NCBI RefSeq assembly: GCF_006345805.1
Contig: NC_043014.1
Coordinates: 29,760,001 to 29,824,000 of the forward strand
Length of the DNA: 64,000 nucleotides
From: Octopus sinensis
Taxonomy: Eukaryota
Direction of reading: 5' to 3'
Below are positions 37,918 to 49,860 of the stretch, one piece after another. Position numbers and translations under genes: made by a program. Numbering within the stretch: the stretch's first letter is position 1; every line of letters starts with the position of its first letter. A model generated the notes under the pieces. It worked only from the letters and a program-made list of their open reading frames with translations, did no database searches and was not told where the DNA came from.

Positions 37918-38218
37918 GAGGTGCAGTGGCCCAGTGGTTAGGGCAGCAGACTCGCGGTTGTAGAATCGTGGTTTCGATTCCCAGACCGGGCGTTGTGAGT
38001 GTTTATTGAGCAAAAACACCTAATGCTCCACGAGGCTCTCGCAGGGGGTGGTGGTGATCCCTGCTGTACTCTTTCGCTACAAATTTCTCTAACTCTTTCT
38101 TCTGTTGGCCTGCTCGCTTAGCCAGCGGGGTGGCGTCATTTGAAGGCTAAAACAATGCGAAGCGCATTATGACCAGCAATGTGTAGTAACATCTGATAGT
38201 ATGGTCGGCCATGGTGAT
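37918..38218 (+). mobile_element. tRNA-derived SINE (second family)
   Basis: Head GGAGGTGCAGTGGCCCAGTGGTTAGGGCAGCAGACTCGCGG with A box TGGCCCAGTGG and B box GGTTTCGATTCCC, followed by a ~220-bp non-tRNA body ending in (TA)n. Confidence 0.75.
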
Positions 38219-38399
38219 ATATATGTATATACATACATGCATACATTTTTATTTTATTTTATCTAGTTTCAGCTCACGAGCTGTGGCCATGCTGGGGCAC
38301 CGCCATTTGGTGTTGCTACATGATTTTACTTCACGAATGCTTATTAGCAATTGCCATTTGGTGCATGAGAGAGTTCAATGCAGCTGCCCTCATCTGCAC

Positions 38400-41215
38400 C
38401 TCCTGCCGTGAAGTTGGTTCATCTGGGACACCTGACAGGAAGAGATCCAGTTTTATTTTAAAGACATCTGCATCCACCCCATGCAGGTCTCTCGGGAGGA
38501 TATTGAAGAGCTGTTTGCATCTGAAGTCCAGGCTATCACAGTATCTTGTCCTTCATCTTGATGACAAATTTGGAGTCCTTGGCACTATGCAGTGGCGCCC
38601 AGTTCTAGCATTTGTGTTACTCTCGATGCCAAAATTTGGGACAAGTCCTTCTAGGATCTTCCAGATGTATATTATGGCATATCTTTCTTGCCTATGCTCT
38701 AAGGAATAGAATCTTAATCTCTTGAGTCTTTCCCAGTAGCTTATATGCTGCACAGAGGCTATCTTCTTCGTGTAGCTTCATTGGATCACCTCAAGTTGTG
38801 TGATTAACTTGACACTGGATGGTGACCATAGCTGAGAGCAATAGTCAAAGTGGCTTAGGACAAGTGTCCTCCAGAGGACCATCATGATTTCCTGGTCTCT
38901 TGTTCTAAAGGCTCTAAGAATCCATCCGGTCAGCCGCCTACATTTCATTGCCAATTTAGCAACAAGCACATGAAAGGTTGCATCGTCACTCATGTAAATA
39001 CCCAGATCTCGCACTGATTGTGCCTCTGGGATTGCAATCCCTCCAGGTCCAGTGTATTTATTGGGTATTGCATTTAGTTTTGCATGCTGATAGCATAAAG
39101 CTTGAGACTTTTCAGCATTGAACTGCATGCTATTCTTTTCAGCCCACTTGTATATTTTGTCCAGCTCACATTGCAGATGCTTAGTGTCTTCGGGGTTCTG
39201 TATTGCCTGTGAAACTTTTGTACCATCTGCATAACTTGTGATCGTGGGTCTCTGCATGGCTGAGGGCATGTCTGAGAGGGCCATTCTGAACAGTAGTGGT
39301 CCTAAAACAGTGCCTTGCGGAACACTGCTCACTATTTGCGTGTTAATGGAAGTGACCCCATTGGCTACTACCACCTAACTTCTATCCTTCAGAAAGTCAT
39401 GAAGCCATTCTCCCAATTTTCCAACTATGCCAAGATCACGCAGTTTGTGACATATCATTCCATGATCGACTTTATCAAAGGCCTTTGCAAAGTCAAGATA
39501 TATAACTTCCACATTTGTGTGGTTGAGCAGTCGTTTCAGCACCCAGTCCTAGTGTTGTAGGATCTGAGTTAAGCAGCTTCTTCCTGGTCAGAAACCATGC
39601 TGGGTGTCAGGCAGCAAGTCATTTTCTTCAAGGAAGGTGATTAGTTTCTTTCTGACTATTCGTTCCATGACCTTTCTGATGTGTGAGGTCAGAGAGATAG
39701 GTTTGTAGTTCTTGGCCTCCGCTCTGCTACCACCTTTATGAATAGGGCATATTTTACCTTCCTTCAGTTTTCTTGGAAGTTTTCCAGTTGCAAGGAAGCT
39801 CTGAAAGAGGAACTGCAGTGGTCTTGCTAGGACTCTCTTACATACTTTAAGAAGGATTGCTGGGAATCCATTGGGGCCAGTAGCTGAGTTTGTTTTCATT
39901 TCATCTATAGCCTTTATTACATCGTCTTCCTTTATATTGATGTAATCAATCATCGCTGCCTCTGATTTTATATCTGCAGTGGTAAAGAAGTCAGTAGGGG
40001 TGGAGTGAAAATACTCTTGAATTGCTCATTTAGTATTTCACTTATCCTCATTGGATTTCCTGTGAGTGTGCCATCCTTTTCAAGGAGTGGCCCTATCCTA
40101 CAGTGCACCATAGCTGTTTCTTTGGCATACCTGTAGAAAGCTCTGGGGTTAGATTTTATGTTGTCTATAGCCCAGGCTTCTTTGTCTGCTCTTTCTTTTT
40201 CATGGGAGAGTTGCAGACATTTTTCAGTTTCCAACAGTTTTATTTTCAGGCAGGACCTTTCACTGCTTTCAAATTGTTTGTTTAGGCGATTTGAAATTTT
40301 TGTATGCCATCTCATTAAAATTTTCCTCTCTCTGGGACACATTTGTAGCATATGGCTTGCATTACAGACATGAATTGTTGAAGTTTCATGTCGATGTCTG
40401 GTGAAGAGAGACATTCAGGCCAGTTTTGTTTGAGGATCTCTTTCTCAATTTGTTTCCAGTTTGCCTTATGGAAGTTCAAGCTGGAAAGATTCTGAGCGTT
40501 TCTTGTAGACTGCATGTCCATGCTTTCCTTTGGCCCGTACATGGTCAGCTCTACCATGTTGTGATCCGAGAGTAGTGTCTGTCACTTTCACATTATGGAT
40601 GAGATCCATATTATTTGTGGAGCAGAGATCCAGTATGTTACCTGCTCTGGTTGGTTGGAGTATTATTTACTCCATGTACAAAGTGTTGATGAGGTTCAGG
40701 AGGGACCTCGCCTGTCCTCATTCGCATCGTGTCATTCCTGGGAGAGATAGGCCCTCGGGCCATCTGACATTGGGTAGATTGAAGTCTCCCATAAGAAGTA
40801 CACTTATGTGTTGTTCTAATGTGACTAGAACTTCTATTTTTATAAGGCAGTCTTCAAACTTGCCTACATGGCTTGGGGCATCTGGAGGGCGATATGCACC
40901 ACATATAACTACACCAAGTTGCCTTATATGTACAATTAGTGTGTCACACACCGAATTTGAGTATGACAAAAGGACCTGGGGTGTGATGTCCTCGCGAATG
41001 TACATAGCAACTCCTCCATGACTTCTTTCTTTTCTGTCGGTGCGTAGTACAACATACTGTGGTATGTGTAATTCCGCATCTGCTATGTCCGGTTTCAGGT
41101 GCGTTTCCGTAAGTGCTATGCATAAGCCTTGATTGCATGCAACAAAGTCTCTCAAGAAAGGGATTTTTGTCTTGTTACTGAGTGTTAGCAGTCCTCTGAT
41201 GTTCAGTAGGAACAT
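38400..41215 (-). pseudogene. LINE ORF2 (APE endonuclease + reverse transcriptase), frameshifted and partly deleted
   Basis: ORFs 40718-41359, 40315-40557, 39968-40414, 39588-39953, 38778-39374 and 38553-38753 carry consecutive APE/RT/C-terminal motifs. The ATG at 41215 overlaps the ORF1 end. Confidence 0.85.
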
Positions 41216-42144
41216 CGAGGTGATGTGTATGCAGTTGCCGGTGGTGTCCACCTTGAGTCTATTTGCTGTGGCGGTCTTGTGTATTGTGGATAGTCCCATC
41301 TGCGAGTTTGAGTTTGATGAAGCCAGGTTAGCTGCTGTACAATCTTTTGTGCCATGCACAAAAAAGATTGTTGTTCAGCAGCTGCCCTTTCAATAACATG
41401 TTGGCGGTTTGTAGCACGCACCACATCTGCATACCTCCGTTTTGGGGCAGGTGGTGCGTGGTCCATTCCTTTTTCTTTTGGTTGTTGGTTTCTGCCCTGT
41501 TTCATGTCTATGTGGCAGGGTCTTCGGTGTGCAAAACGGCAGTCTGCACCTTCCTCTCCATGCCAGCAGACACCTTTCAGGTAGAATTTACACATTCGTG
41601 TGCGCTGTCTCTTTCTATCCGTTCAAGTACATGGATAGTCAGGTTTGCTTCTATCCTTGGCTGTTTCATCTTTTGGTTTTGTTTGAGTTTTAGCTGTTTC
41701 ATCCTTTGTTTTTCTTTTAGTTTTTCCTCCTTTTACTTCTTTTTTGGCTCTTTCATCTTCGTGGTTTTGGCTTTTGGTGCTGGTAGGGACACTTGCACTT
41801 GGGTTTACTTCCCGGGCAGGTTTCTCACTTGAATCTTCTTTGTTGTTGTTGTCCTGGGTGTCCACCAAATGGGGGTGACATCTTTCATCAGCACCCGTGC
41901 CTCCATCCTTGCCATCTTTACTTTGTTTGTTGTCAAAGATGACATCAAGCGTGCCGATGTGGGTTCTTATGAGTGCATAGGAGCATATAAACTCCTGCTT
42001 CCTTCACTCTATCTGTACTGACGTCCTTGTGTATCCACTGTTCTTCAGCGCAGCTGTAATTATGTTGTTCAGATTATCTCCGTTGGCGCATTGGCAGGCT
42101 CTCAGGAACAACGCTGATTCGTTACTCCTCCAGGTTCAGGACAT
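41203..42144 (-). pseudogene. LINE ORF1 (~314 codons, three in-frame TGA): Myb/SANT(trihelix)-like N-terminus, K/E/T-rich linker, CCCH zinc finger
   Basis: One frame runs from ATG 42144 through ORFs 41623-41868 and 41203-41595: W..NESALFLRA...IITAALKNSGYTRTSVQIE and CKFYLKGVCWHGEEGADCRFAH. Confidence 0.7.
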
Positions 42145-43122
42145 TTTTGGATATTTTATTTATTTATCTAACTAATTATATTTAAAATTTAATAGTGTGA
42201 TAGAGGGTAGAGAAGAAATAGAGAATGAAAGTGTTAATATCCTCTGTATTTAGAGAGATTGAGAGAAGATAAGAAGAGAGTGAGAGGAGAAAGTTCGCGT
42301 CTATATATTTAGAAAGATCGAGAGGTTGAGAAAGGAAAGATGGTGTGACAGAGAGAAGTGGAGAAGTGAAGAGACAGAGAAAGAGGCGTGAGGGAGAGAA
42401 GTGAAGAGACAGAGATAGAAGGAAATGAAAGAGAGGAGGTTATGCAAAAGATTGAGTGGCTGAGAGAAGATAAGAAGAAAGTGAGAGAGAGTCTATATAT
42501 TTAGGAAGATTGAGAGGCTGAGAGAAGAAAGATGGTGTGATAGAGGAAGTGATGCAAAAGATTGAGCGGCTGAGAGATGATAAGAAGAAAGTGAGAGTCT
42601 ATAAATTTAGGAAGATTGAGCAGCTGAGAGAAGAAAGATGGTGTGATAGAGAGAAGTGAAGAGACAGAGAGAGAAAGAAAAGAAAGAGAGGAGGTTACGA
42701 AGCTGAAACAGAAATTGAAAGATTATTAACAGAATGTAAATTATAGATATATACCTGTCTGTAGCTACAAACGTTTTCTTCTAAACTAAACTAATTGCGA
42801 CTATACTTCTTATGTTCGTGTCTATATATTTAGGGAGATTGAGGGGCTGAGTAAATATATATATATATAAATAAAGCAACAAATAAATATATGCCTATCT
42901 AAAATTGAATAATTTTAAAGAGATGTAACAGAGCTGAAACAGAAATTGAAAGATTATTAACAGAATGTAAACAGAGAATAGGTCCTTACATTGAATTACG
43001 GGAAAATAAACAAATGAAAAGGGGTACTTATCTTATAAGAGGTAGAAGTCCCAAAACCTTCTTATACGAAGAGGTTTTCTTTCAAAAAAGAAAAGAAAAA
43101 TGGTTCTTTTTGCTTGTTACAG

Positions 43123-43185
43123 TTGATTGGGAATAAACTTAAGAGATATCACCACGTGCTTTTTTCGACAGGAAATCTGGCATGC
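43123..43185 (+). CDS. Candidate 63-nt phase-0 exon (LIGNKLKRYHHVLFSTGNLAC)
   Basis: Strong acceptor TTCTTTTTGCTTGTTACAG| and moderate donor TGC|GTAATT; only phase 0 is open. No homology recognised. Confidence 0.2.
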
Positions 43186-43387
43186 GTAATTAACTTTAGA
43201 GTATTATATTTGGCTTGAAGCGAAATATATTATGGTTTTTAACTAACGTGTCCTAGTAGACCGCTATGAGATAGCAAGTTCTACATTTTTTATCAGTTTT
43301 TGCCAATTATTTCATCGATTTATGCAAACCTTTTTGTTTTTTTATCACAGAGCAAAGCAACGCGTCTCTACTCTACGAAAACTGGAA

Positions 43388-43429
<42 letters not shown>

Positions 43430-43462
43430 AGTTTGAAAATGCAATTTTAAAAGATGTTTATT

Positions 43463-43506
43463 TACTTGACCGGTTTCACTTTTTAAGAAAAAGATTGTCA
43501 AAAGTA
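43463..43506 (-). ncRNA. Degenerate minimal hammerhead ribozyme motif
   Basis: Minus strand UACUU UUGACAA U CUUUUU CUU AAAAAG U GAAAC CG GUC AAGUA: perfect 5-bp stem I, 6-bp stem II, palindromic ACCGGU stem III and GUC triplet. The core CUGACGA is altered to UUGACAA. Confidence 0.45.
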
Positions 43507-43928
43507 ACATGTAAAAGCTTTGTTGTGTTAGGTACTGGTTGTCACAAAATATTACAATACATATATATACATTCTTTGATAATAATAAGAACATGTTAAA
43601 AACAGCTTACAAGGGGAAATCTTGGGAAAATATATAAAAATTTGATAAGTTCATTAAAATATTGGGTACAAAAGATTACAATACATATATACATTCTTTG
43701 GTAATAATAAGAGAATGTTAAAAACAGTTTACAGAAAGAATTATTAAAAAGTTCTGGGGAATATTGGTATTGTATCTGTATATATATACACAGAAAATTA
43801 TAAGTTCAAAAACATTACATTTTGGTAGTATATACATGTACAATGAGGGAGATATATTTAGTTTGAACTGACCTGATTCACCATATTATCAGCTCATTAT
43901 CGTGAGCTGAAACTAGATAAAATTTTTA

Positions 43929-43968
43929 AAATATATATACATACATATATATATACACACATATATGC

Positions 43969-44059
<91 letters not shown>

Positions 44060-44062
44060 GTG

Positions 44063-44094
<32 letters not shown>

Positions 44095-44603
44095 TACATG
44101 TATAATATATATATATGTATATATATATATAATATATACATTGTATATATATATGTATATATATATAAATATATACTATATATATGCATATATATTATAA
44201 ATATATACATATATATATACGTATATATACATAATATATATGTATATATGCATATATATATATATATATATATATACGTATATATACATGCATGTATATA
44301 TGCATATATATATGTATATATATATATACGTATATATACATGCATGTATATATGCATATATATATGTATATATATATATACATATATGCATATATATATA
44401 TGTATATATACATACATATATATGTATACATACATATATGCATATATTTACGTATATATACATATATGCATGTATATATACATACATATATATATATATG
44501 TATATATACATGCATATATATATGTATATATATAATATATATATATATATATGTGTGTGTATATATACATATATATGTATGTATATATACATATATATGT
44601 ATA
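43929..44603. repeat. (TA)n-based compound microsatellite
   Basis: Direct inspection. Confidence 0.95.
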
Positions 44604-46080
44604 TTTGTTTTTGCAGCAAGGCGCCTGATATTAAATATGCTGCCAGTGGTTCGATAATGGACGTAAACACCGTATCTGCAGTTTCTGAATGCAATACAGA
44701 ACACCATCGCGAAATATATGGAAAATAGGGTCGGTGCCAGAATATCCCCCTGTTTCACTCCATTTTGTATTGAAATGGGCTCCATCATCTTCCCTCTAAC
44801 ATTTATTTACCTCTATCATAAGAGACCTTTTGTATGCAGATGATTGTGAGCTAGTAGCACACACACAGATTGATATGCAACACATTTTGAATGCGTTCTC
44901 TGATGCTTGCACTGCCTTAGGATTGACAGTCAATCTCAAGAAAACTGTTGTCATGCATCAACCTGCCCCTGGTAAACAGTATAGTGTACCAAATATCTAT
45001 GTGTATGGTAAACAACTTGATGTAGTTGATCAGTTTGTCTTCCTGGGAAGCACTATTAATAGATATGGCGATTTGGATGATAAAATTCCATATAGAATTA
45101 GGAAAGCAAGTGTTGCTTTCGGAAGGCTAGAAAAGCGCCTCTGGAGTCGGTGAAACATATGCAGAAAGACAAAGATAAAGGTGTACAAGGCATGTGTGCT
45201 CCCTTCTCTTCTCTATGCCTGCGAGACGTGGGTCACATATCGATACCACCTTAAACAACTGGAACGTTTCCATCAGATGTGCCTCAGACGGATCTATGGC
45301 ATTAAGTGGAAGGACCGCATCAGTGATCTTGAAATATTGGAAGGCTCTCGGTTTGAAAGTATAGAAGTTCTTGTGTTAAAGCAAAGGCTCAGATGGAGTG
45401 GTCATCTGGTCAGGATGAAGGATTCAAGGATGCCAAAACAACTCTTTTATGGAGAGTTAGCTAAAGGAGAACGACCTCCACATAAACCAAAAAAGAGGTA
45501 TAAGGACTTGCTGAAGGCTTCCTTAAGAGATGCTTGCATCTCTCCTGACACATGGGAAGGCATAGCTATTGATCGTAGCAGGTGGAGAAGGATTGTGTAT
45601 GAGGGGACAGCCACTTTTGAGAAATCTCGAGTTGCACATGAGAAAGTAAGGAGGGATGTCAGGAAGGGCATTATTGCTGTTACACTTCCAGAAGGGAAGG
45701 GTCTTCCTTTGATGCTGACATGCAATGTCTGTGCAAGACCCTGCTTCAGTAAAGCTAGACTCAAGAGTCACCTTCGTAGTCATAAAACGAGACAGATGAG
45801 TGACAACCTGGCCACTGGTGGTGGTGTAACACACCATACTAATCATATCTGTCGGGCATGTAGAAGAGAGTGTAATTCGGCAGGAGGATTTAAAGGACAT
45901 GCAAAGGTACGTGAAGCCCAGTTACAACTACAGCCGGCTATTACCAGTAAAGGTTTTAGTTGCCAATTGTGTACAAGACATTGTAGATCTTTAGCTGGGC
46001 TAAAAAGTCACATTCAATCACAGCACCAGTAACAGTTAAGCTTTGTGCAATGGCCATACTCGATAACGAGGGGGCAGCCA
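44604..46080 (+). mobile_element. Young 5'-truncated RTE (BovB-like) LINE with inverted 5' segment
   Basis: The minus segment 44604-44800 encodes [30 protein letters not shown]...RRLAAKT. The plus segment from ~44803 continues [14 protein letters not shown]... to a stop at 46032 with a single internal stop (45151-53). Flanked by TA repeats. Confidence 0.9.
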
Positions 46081-46101
46081 TAATATATGTATATATACAT
46101 A

Positions 46102-46500
46102 TCTCTTATTATAAAAGGCAGATTTTATCTGCCTCCCTTTGGGAGTTATACAAATCTACAATATAGGATTTCTTCAATTACAATTTACCTAGCATTTTTG
46201 AGAGTACAATGCATCGCGTCATGCCAGGTCCAGTTTTTAAAATTTAAACTCCAATTAAGCAAAATTACAGAAAACTCACATTCTGGTGTGTGTGTCAAAT
46301 GCTTTTCTTAGTCTGGTTTACACCACACGCAAACGCACACACACAGTGGGCAACGAATAAAATGAAAGTAAATAGCGACAGAGTGATTTGAGGAAGACTA
46401 AAGTGAAAGTATTCTGTCTATGACGCTGATAGATACATGAGTAAAATGTATGGGGAGCTAAGACTGAGTGAAAATGTTCTTGGAAGAGAGTAATTAATAA
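46102..46500 (+). mobile_element. Probable Helitron-type 5' fragment
   Basis: Begins A|TCTCTTATTATAAAAGGCAG, a TC start after A. No CTRR 3' end was found and the boundary is uncertain. Confidence 0.35.
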
Positions 46501-46520
46501 TAAAGTAAACATACACTCAT

Positions 46521-46577
<57 letters not shown>

Positions 46578-46794
46578 TACATACACACATACACACATAC
46601 ACACATACATACATATACATACATACATACATATACATACATACACACACATACACACACACACAGTATTGAAGCTTGAGAACAATCAGATACATTTGCA
46701 ACACATCTGTTGAAAATATTATTGTTCACACACATACATATACATATATACATACAGACAGACAGACAGATAGACACACACACACACACACACA

Positions 46795-47210
46795 TGATCC
46801 TGCATGGCCACAACCTCAAGGCTGAAACATATAAAAGAATAACAGAATATAAATGTGTGCAAAGTACAAGAAATATTAATGCAGTATATGGGGATTGGAC
46901 AATAAGCGTAAGGCAGTGTCAATGGTGGTTCCAGAAATCCCGAGCCATAAACTACAGCCTAGAAGACGAGCCTCATCCTGAAAGATCTGTAGAACTCGAC
47001 AAGGACATCCTGAAAACCCTGGTGGAACAAAATATCATCGTAACTGTTGAGGAACTAGCAGAGAAGCTTGGATTTGGTCATTCAACCATTCATTGACACC
47101 TGTGTGCTATCGGAAAAGTCAGCAAATTGGGTCAATGGGTTCCTCACGAACTTTCCGAGTCTAATTGCATGCAGAGAGTGAATGTATGCTTTTCTTTGCT
47201 GTCATATCTC
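46795..47210 (+). mobile_element. Mariner transposase fragment (same family as 28085-29075)
   Basis: LEDEPHPERSVELDKDILKTLVEQN..LGFGHSTIH*HL..GKVSKLGQWVPHEL includes the WVPHEL motif. Confidence 0.85.
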
Positions 47211-47231
47211 ACCACTACTGCGCTATGTATA

Positions 47232-47862
47232 TCTATATATATAAAACTGTAGTTGTGTGAGTGTCTGTCCCCTTCGATTTAGATTCCTAACTACTCCCAC
47301 ATTTTGCGGTACAGTTTAACTAAATTCGGGTAGCTTATAGTCGTGATTCATATCGAGCCCGTCTGAATATTAGCGCGCGTCTACGATGAGTCTACGATTT
47401 TAAAAATAATTTAACATCATTTTTTATTCCATTTTAATGCATAATTTTTCGTGTGTCGATGGCGGCGGAGTTGGCGTCCACGCTCACACCTGCACCTGTG
47501 GGGAAGGGAGTGTAAGGAAATCAACGTCGTAATGCGTTGTCAAGGAGAGACCAGTGTTCTTTTAGAACAACGACTTCATGGCTTGAAGACACCAAAACAG
47601 AAATGGCTAAGAAAGCGTCTACATGAGTCTACGATTTAAAAAAAAAATTGCCATCGTTTTTTTTTTCCATTTTAATGCATTTTTTCGCTATTATATAAGG
47701 GAAGTAACTCTCTAAAAATGTCTACGATGAGTCAACGATTTAAAAAAAAATTTACCATCATATTTTTTCCATTTTTAATGCACTTTTTGCTATTTTTTGG
47801 CTATAACTCTCTAAAAATGCTTATATAGTTATTTCCCTTACAAACCTGGGCGATACTGCTAG
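47232..47862 (+). mobile_element. Non-autonomous Helitron
   Basis: 5' A|TC start (ATCTATATATATAAAACTG), 3' CTAG|T end (GGGCGATACTGCTAG|T), no target duplication, three internal GTCTACGATGAGTCTACGATTT repeats. Confidence 0.75.
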
Positions 47863-48915
47863 TATATATATATATAAAGTATGTATATATATATATATAT
47901 ATATGCATGTATGTATGTGTATATATATGCATGTATGTATGTGTATATATATGCATGTATGTATGTGTATATATATGCATGTATGTATGTGTATATATAT
48001 GCATGTATGTATGTGTATATATATATATATATGTATGTATGTGTATATATATATGTATGTATGTGTATATATATATGTATGTATGTGTATATATATATGT
48101 ATGTATGTGTATATATATATATATATGTATGTATGTGTATATATATATATGTATGTATGTGTATATATTTGTATGTATGTGTATATGTATGTATGTGTAT
48201 ATATATGTATGTATGTGTATATGTATGTATGTGTATATGTATGTATATGTATGTATGTATGTATATATGTATGTATATATGTATGTATATATATATGTAT
48301 ATATATATATATATATGTATGTATATATATATGTATGTATATATATATGTATGTATATATATATGTATGTATATATATATGTATGTATATATATATGTAT
48401 GTATATATGTATGTATATATGTATGTATATATGTATGTATATATGTATATATATATATGTATATATGTATGTATATATGTATGTATATATGTATATATAT
48501 GTATGTATATATGTATATATATATATGTATATATGTATGTATATATATGTATATATGTATGTATATATATATATACATATATGTATGTATATATATATGT
48601 ATATATGTATGTATATGTATGTATATATATATGTATATATGTATGTATATATATATATACATTATGTATGTATATATGTATGTATGTATTATATATTATA
48701 TATATACATATATGTAGTATGTATGTATGTATATATATATATATATACATATATGTTGTATATATGTATGTATATATGTATGTATATATATATATTACAT
48801 ATGTAGTATATATGTATATATGTATGTATGTGTATGTATATATATATATACATATGTATGTATATGTAGTATATATGTATGTATGTATGTATATATATAT
48901 ATACATATATGTATG

Positions 48916-48947
<32 letters not shown>

Positions 48948-48971
48948 GTATGTATATATATATATACATAC
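47863..48971. repeat. ~1.1-kb (TATG)n/(TA)n microsatellite array
   Basis: Direct inspection; source of the 260-390 aa low-complexity ORFs. Confidence 0.95.
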
Positions 48972-49435
48972 ACATCATCATCATTTAGCATCCACTTTCC
49001 ATGCTAGCATGGGTTGGACGGTTCAACTGGGGACTGTGAAGCCGGAAGGCTGCATCAGGCCCAGTCTGATCTGGCAGTGTTTCTACGGCTGGATGCCCTT
49101 CCTGACGCCAACCACTCCGTGAGTGTAGTGGGTGCTTTTTACGTGCCACCCGCACAGGTGCCAGACAGAGCTGGCAAACGGCCACGAACGGATGGTGCTT
49201 TTACGTGCCACCGTTACGTAGGCCAGACGGGGCGGCGCCGGCAATGGCCACGGTCGGATGGTTCGCTTAACCACAGCTGCAATTTCCACTGATGTTGATT
49301 GACCTCAATTTTGGTTCTGCTTTCTGATTTGATTTGGTTTGATTTTGACTTTGACTGTTCTCACTGGTCTTGCCGGGTCTTCTCATGCACAGCATACTTC
49401 CATAGGTCTCGGTCTCTAGTCATTTCCTTGGTGAG
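48972..49435 (-). mobile_element. RTE LINE 3' end (ORF tail + 3' UTR)
   Basis: EMTRDRDLWKYAVHEKTRQDQ* plus the same tail as 11534-12511. Confidence 0.85.
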
Positions 49436-49489
49436 GAAATATATATATATATATATATAAACATATATATATATATGTATATTATATAT

Positions 49490-49524
<35 letters not shown>

Positions 49525-49528
<4 letters not shown>

Positions 49529-49860
49529 GCGGTGCCCCAGCATGGCCACAGCTCAAGAGCTGAAACTGGAAAACATAAACATAAACATAAACATAATATA
49601 TTTCTGTGTGTATGTATGTATGAGGAACTTGCACAAAATAGATGTAGGGGTTTTTAAATCAAAGCTGGACCTCTTCCTGTCGAGAGTCCCAGACGAACCT
49701 ACCGCACGGCAAGAGGTGCAAATGAGGGTAGCTATATCAAACAACATTTTTCACCAAGTGCCACATATTAGAGGAGGCTCTAAGTAATAACAGTGTAGCA
49801 AAACGGCGTGCATCAGCATGGCCGCAGCTCTGAGCTGAGACTAGAGAAAAATGAAAAATA
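49525..49860 (+). mobile_element. Two CR1-group LINE 3'-end fragments in tandem
   Basis: Tail GGCGGTGCCCCAGCATGGCCACAGCTC at 49528, then NLHKIDVGVFKSKLDLFLSRVPDEPTARQEVQMR and a second tail at ~49805. Confidence 0.75.

Larger units (their letters stand above)
38240..42960 (-). mobile_element. Near full-length decayed CR1-group LINE (ORF1 + APE/RT ORF2)
   Basis: ORF2 pieces: APE MFLLNIRGL..ALTETHL..RTDRKERSHGGVAMYI..LLMGDFNLP; RT SATGPNGFP..YKPISLTSHIRKVMERIV..QHGF; SSVPQGTVLGPLLF..YADGTK; tail ending GGCGGTGCCCCAGCATGGCCACAGCTCGTGAGCTGAAACTAGAT(AAAAT)n. The 5' boundary is uncertain. Confidence 0.9.

Noticed and set aside
37918-37995. tRNA-like sequence with A and B boxes
   Set aside because: No complete cloverleaf or acceptor stem; it continues into a SINE body, so it is treated as a SINE head and not a tRNA gene.
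47801-48991. Long ORFs of 100-387 aa rich in Y/I/M/C/H/T (also 37150-38019, 43926-44788, 50001-52255, 54076-54578)
   Set aside because: These are translations of (TA)n/(TATG)n microsatellites, which lack stop codons in several frames.
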